This document shows positions 36,633 to 41,385 of a stretch of DNA of 41,385 nucleotides, in pieces. The notes beneath the pieces are model-generated. The model did not search any database. It had not been told where the DNA came from and was given only the letters and a program-made list of their open reading frames with translations. The translations under genes were made by a program, and so were the position numbers. Source of the DNA: Trypethelium eluteriae (Eukaryota). The stretch covers positions 1 through 41,385 of the forward strand of contig JAVECL010000162.1 of the NCBI GenBank assembly GCA_051942245.1, written 5' to 3'. Position 1 is the stretch's first letter; the number at the start of each line of letters is the position of its first letter.

Positions 36633-38022
36633 AGTGGCGAAGGAACAGAAAGACCAAATTTACTTCTCCGTTTTGAGTGAGAGCTGGCTCATTTCTAAAA
36701 TGAAAGCTTGAGGAACCCACCTAATATATGACGCATTGTCGCGTGTATTTCATCAATGATTACAAGCGCAGGGATTTCTGGGGCTGTATGTAACCAGCCA
36801 ATGCAATCCATGTGTCTTCAATTGTGGCCTAATATCAAAGGCCTGTAATAAGAGGGGCCCAAACTTATGGCAAGGTGGGAAAAGGAGAGTGAAAGTATCA
36901 TAATGGCCGAAGTTCCGCCAATCACAAGATTAGCGCTCTACAGCCCTACAACCATATTATCCAGCTCCATTTTTCCCTTCACGGATTAGGGGCAAAACTG
37001 GCTCTGGAAATATCCATTGTCGGGGGATAACAGTCTTAGGTAGGAAGAATGATATTTAACTGATTAAGTCTTAGTAATCTTTTTTTATCGTTATTACCGA
37101 GTACTAGTAAAGTAGTTGATAAATTAGACATACTGACAGATATAGAGATTGTACTTCCTTGATAAGGGGGACTTCTGAATACACCTCTGTAGTCTAGATA
37201 GAAATACAGAGGTTTTGGCAGATCTGACGGTACGTGAAGCTCCTGTAGCCCTGGGGTTCTGATAGCTGAATGGCCGTCCCTGTGCACCAATAAGGACGCT
37301 CGACGCACTGATTGCTCTTTGTTCCATGCGAAGAGGTGGGGTTGAGTAGAATGGTAACGCGAGATGGAACCCGAAGACCAGGACCACTTCAAGATCCACT
37401 ATCACGATCGTCTCGACGTATGCTTTGGTGTACGTAGTCGGCGAGGGTCTTGTGTATTCCTAATTGTCTTTGAATAGAGTTATCGTACGCCGTCGGGGCA
37501 AGCTCTTGAGCAAGCAGACGAGCTCATCTCTCCGTTCATTCACCCCTCCTCGGCAATCATCCCCAGACTCCCGGCGTCTGCCTGGACTCTTCTGCATGCT
37601 CTCCATTGTAACGAGGATTAGTTCTTGTATTCATCTCTCCATCTGGCCCTGGCATAAGGATCTTGAGCTCGCTTTTTCGAGGTACTCCTAACATTCACCA
37701 AGGCCGTTCCCCTCCGTCAGGTGGGATCTTCTTGACGGCTGCTCGGCCGGGCCCGGCCTTCGAATCTTCCACTCTGAAGCCCTTTAGAAATCGGTCGTTC
37801 CTGGTGCGTGGACGGCATTAACCACGAGCACGGTCATTCGGCTCGCAAGCTTGTGGCACAACGTTCGTACAAGGCTGACGGTACTCGTTATGACTTCTGA
37901 CTGACCATCAGTACCAGCGACTGACAGACAAGCTAGCCAGAGTGGCATCATTACTAGGCCGACTGCCCTGATCAGACGGAGGTCATCAGGCTTCTCACAG
38001 AATCTCATTGCCGCATGTGTGA

Positions 38023-41000
38023 ATGGCTACGTTCATCATGATAACTCCGCAGCTTCATCAGAGCGGTAACCCAGCAGCGTTCCGGTTCGCACGAAGACCA
38101 CTCACCTCCTTGTACCCTCCACCAACATCCACCTCTCTTTCAAAGACCCAAAGGGCCTCCTTGACGCGCCGTAGCAACGTCATCCGGCAGCGCAATCGAA
38201 ACCCGAAATGGCTTGCCCAACACGATGCCGAAGTTCAGTTCAGGATGGGGGTGCATCCAGAAGTATCATATAGAACCCGTAGAGCGAATCATCTTACGAA
38301 GAAAAATACTATCAACAGACAAAGACGTCTTAGCAAGTGGGTTCAGGACTTTATCGAAGCTCCACCCACTCAAGGGACTCGTGCCTGCAGCTCGTGGAAC
38401 AAAAACGAGAAGAAGCGCGATAAGTCAGACAAAGATCGTCAGGGGAATGTCGAGGATTATGGAGACTCATGGCATCAAGAATGGGCTAACGCCGAAAAGC
38501 GCTGGCAAGCCAAAATGGAAGCCATGAAGCAGAGGATCGAGTTGAAGACGAAGCTTGATGAGAATCCCTACCATGCCCTATTCCCAACGGCCCGATACGC
38601 GACTCCTCTTTGGGGCTCGAAGAGGGGTTCGTCCCAGTCTCTTGCTTGGGGACTTGGGGATGATAAGATCTGGGAGAACCTACAACATCACACGAATTAT
38701 GTGCGATCATTACTAGGCCTACCGCCCAATCCAGTCAGCAGGTCACCCTCCAAGACGGAGGAGAAAGAAGAAGTAGGACAGAATAACAAGCCTTCCAATG
38801 ATATAACAGATCAAGCAAATGCTGGCCCTTCCGCAGCAGAGACTTCTCAGCCAACGGCGGAAATGAACAGCTCAAGTGGAGACGGGAAGACCACAAAACA
38901 GATGGCGTCAAATCACATATCACAGCGTACTCTAGCCAAGGACAAGGGTACAACGACCTCCGAGGACGCAATTTCGTCGGCTTCATCAAGTTTACGAGAT
39001 GAAGACGACAGTCATGCCTCTCCTATGGGTGGGCAAGGGCGGACTACATCTACTACTGGAGAGCTCCTCAAGTCTTCCGTCCAGTCTAGTAGAGTCCAAA
39101 TGAAATATGAGTACGATCCAATCACTAATCGCATGGTCGCAAAGACTGCTGTCGTGTCCGCAGGCCTTCAGACTCCGCAGAATTCAGAATCACATGAAGC
39201 CATTGGAATCAATGCGAAGAGTGTCAGTAAGAAGGCGTATGATCTCAAAGAAGTGGCAGAGACCCCCAAAGAAGCATTTAGCGAGCATAAACGCCATGCA
39301 TTGGGGAACAAGCCGAAAGCTGAATCTCAAATCAAAGCGAATACGGAACCGAGTCCAAGTCAAGATTTGGCGCAGTCGAAGCAAGGCTGGTCCAGTGATA
39401 AGTCTGAAACGTCTACGTATCAGCACGAATCTATGGAATCTCATGAGCAAGCCTTGATTTTGCTTAGAAACTTTGTAGAGGGGTGGAAGCCTGAAATCGA
39501 CAATGCGATACAACAGAAAGCGTCATCACTCCCTACGTACGAGAACCGCTTTGATATCCTTTTCGACTTAGAACGTCTGCAAGATAGATTGTCTGAGATA
39601 CATGGCGCAACACCTAGTCTAGATCGATTGATGAGTGTCTTGGAGGACATGGACTTCTTCGAACCTGAACCGAAGCACCTCAGACAGGGACTTGCCGAAT
39701 TGAAAGCGTTTTTTGAGCAAGTCCAAAGGAAACAGAGTAGTTCTCAATGCATGACACAGAAAGAAACGACGACAAAGGAAGACATCGACACCTTATTGCC
39801 GGAAGATGTTAGAGCCGCAATGGGTCAGAAGAAAACAAATCGCCCTCACGCCCGTTCCGCTCCTCTTGGCCCGGTTTGGCGTCGCGACGAAGGTCTTCCC
39901 CGTATTCAGCTTGAGAAGCCCCTTGAATCATCCATTTCTCGGCTAGCGGCAGCAGAAGCAGGACAAACTAGCCAGACCCGAAAAAGTTCTCGACTTGAAT
40001 CTTCTCTAGAGCGATTGGGATCTTCGAAGAAGCCCCAAGTGCTTCGGGGCTCTCCTAAAGGGACCCTTGACCCCGCGGATACTTTTTCGAGAAGAACCAC
40101 CATCCTCGAGAAGTTGAGGGCACACGAGCGGGAAAGAGAGCGTGTTAGGCGTAAGCGATGGTCGTCGCCTTCGCCGTGCAGTAATGCGGACTATGGTGAT
40201 GCGACAACCCCAAAGGCGAAATCGCTGAATGTCGCTGCGGCTGATCGCAAGCTATCAGAGGAGGTTGAAGCAACAAAAGCAGCGATGCAGGCACACGAAA
40301 TGGCCTACCACTCTCGAGAGCCGAGAAAATCGGGGGCTCCTGAATCTGCTGCAAACTCTGGACACGAGCGTCATACGAAAGAAGGGATTTGTATGCAGCA
40401 AGCAGAAGGAGATATGTGTGCCGACGTTGTGAAATTTGCTGGCTACAATCGATGGTACAAGAAACCAGCACCGCACGCACTATTAGTGGAAGAGAAAGAA
40501 CGCGCTCAGAAAGAAAGCGATCGCGCTCTTGCCCGTGATATTCGTCGCATCTACGAATCACACTACGGTATCATTGACCCGGAACACCGCCAGCAACCTC
40601 TTCCGTCTCCGTCCGCAGCCGTCACGTCTTCACAAACTTCTCCGAACGAAGACGCTCGTAACTTGTCTAAAAAAGAGGAGCCGTCATCAAAGTTACCCTC
40701 GATCAGTGTAGACGACCTATCTAGAGCTCAGCTCAGCAACTCTCGACCAGAAGCCAGCGCTTCACCGACCACCTCACAAGCAAAGGACTCTTCTAACACT
40801 TATTCTATTGGCGATCGCTCTGAGGATTCTCTCCTGCGGCTCAACGATAGGGATCACCTACTTAAGCGGCAAAAAGAAATTGTCGCAAGGGGACTTGGAA
40901 GGCAGCCTCCTTCTTTGAAGCCTTTCACCAATAAAGAACTCAACGTGCTGAATCAAACCTCTACATCTCCATTATCAAAACTGCCAAATGGATCTGAGGG

Positions 41001-41385
41001 CACCATGGTACGAGGGCCTGATGAACCTTCGCTTAGACATCAGCAATCCATTACCGGGTCTAAATCCGCTGATGCCAGCCCAATACCTGAGGCCCGAAAG
41101 TCACTGCCTGAAGCGTCACTTACATCGTCCAGAACCCCCACAAAAGAGCTCTCAGGGGCTCTTCACGAAGATATATCCGACTCTGTTCGGCTACGCAAGA
41201 CCGAAAATCCGGCTACCGGAACCAGCACTCTCGCCACTTCTCCAGAAACTCACCTCGCCGCAGCCCCCAACCCTGCTGGTGCATCCCCAGCCGATCAGCC
41301 GACCTCTGCAGCAACACCCGAGACACCCCACCTCCCCACCGCCACCCCCACAACCGCCATCTTCAAGATCATCTACAGCGACCCC
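38023..41385 (+). CDS. Large, mostly low-complexity Ser/Thr-rich fungal protein (>1120 aa), 3' end outside the window
   Basis: Absent from the ORF track, probably because it has no stop inside the window. Frame from ATG 38023 was open in every stretch I translated, up to the window end. Motif islands ENPYHALF, YEYDPITNRMV, EDIDTLLPEDVRAAMG, EGDMCADVVKFA...RWYKKPAP, RDIRRIYESHYGIID. Confidence 0.85.
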   Translation, partial: MATFIMITPQLHQSGNPAAFRFARRPLTSLYPPPTSTSLSKTQRASLTRRSNVIRQRNRNPKWLAQHDAEVQFRMGVHPEVSYRTRRANHLTKKNTINRQRRLSKWVQDFIEAPPTQGTRACSSWNKNEKKRDKSDKDRQGNVEDYGDSWHQEWANAEKRWQAKMEAMKQRIELKTKLDENPYHALFPTARYATPLWGSKRGSSQSLAWGLGDDKIWENLQHHTNYVRSLLGLPPNPVSRSPSKTEEKEEVGQNNKPSNDITDQANAGPSAAETSQPTAEMNSSSGDGKTTKQMASNHISQRTLAKDKGTTTSEDAISSASSSLRDEDDSHASPMGGQGRTTSTTGELLKSSVQSSRVQMKYEYDPITNRMVAKTAVVSAGLQTPQNSESHEAIGINAKSVSKKAYDLKEVAETPKEAFSEHKRHALGNKPKAESQIKANTEPSPSQDLAQSKQGWSSDKSETSTYQHESMESHEQALILLRNFVEGWKPEIDNAIQQKASSLPTYENRFDILFDLERLQDRLSEIHGATPSLDRLMSVLEDMDFFEPEPKHLRQGLAELKAFFEQVQRKQSSSQCMTQKETTTKEDIDTLLPEDVRAAMGQKKTNRPHARSAPLGPVWRRDEGLPRIQLEKPLESSISRLAAAEAGQTSQTRKSSRLESSLERLGSSKKPQVLRGSPKGTLDPADTFSRRTTILEKLRAHERERERVRRKRWSSPSPCSNADYGDATTPKAKSLNVAAADRKLSEEVEATKAAMQAHEMAYHSREPRKSGAPESAANSGHERHTKEGICMQQAEGDMCADVVKFAGYNRWYKKPAPHALLVEEKERAQKESDRALARDIRRIYESHYGIIDPEHRQQPLPSPSAAVTSSQTSPNEDARNLSKKEEPSSKLPSISVDDLSRAQLSNSRPEASASPTTSQAKDSSNTYSIGDRSEDSLLRLNDRDHLLKRQKEIVARGLGRQPPSLKPFTNKELNVLNQTSTSPLSKLPNGSEGTMVRGPDEPSLRHQQSITGSKSADASPIPEARKSLPEASLTSSRTPTKELSGALHEDISDSVRLRKTENPATGTSTLATSPETHLAAAPNPAGASPADQPTSAATPETPHLPTATPTTAIFKIIYSDP

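Noticed and set aside
1..41385. tRNA, rRNA, CRISPR arrays, autonomous transposons, PKS/NRPS genes
   Set aside because: No supporting sequence seen by eye. tRNAscan-SE/Infernal would be needed to exclude small RNAs formally.

Overview
Gene-dense window from a filamentous ascomycete (Pezizomycotina), judged from short GT-AG introns with CTAAC-type branch sites and fungal protein families. Manual splicing gives 16 protein-coding genes: a SAM methyltransferase cut by the left edge, a 76-aa Q/P/G/Y-rich microprotein, an MCT-type MFS transporter, a ~1170-aa GPI-type repeat protein, a 10-Cys small secreted protein, a hypothetical protein, a PIR-type wall protein, a WSC-GH3 beta-xylosidase, a single-pass membrane protein, a divergent SDR + bZIP/DUF3425 pair, an SRPK-like kinase, an 8-exon DyP peroxidase, PNS1, a GH43 hydrolase and a >1120-codon ORF running off the right edge. 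The most unusual structure is a 143-bp direct repeat (~86% identical, mostly C>T/G>A differences) that brackets the SDR + transcription-factor pair as a ~3.9-kb cassette, next to a TA-flanked 279-bp MITE-like element. The DyP gene has CGG in place of CAG at one splice acceptor. All assignments come from reading motifs by eye. No searches were run.
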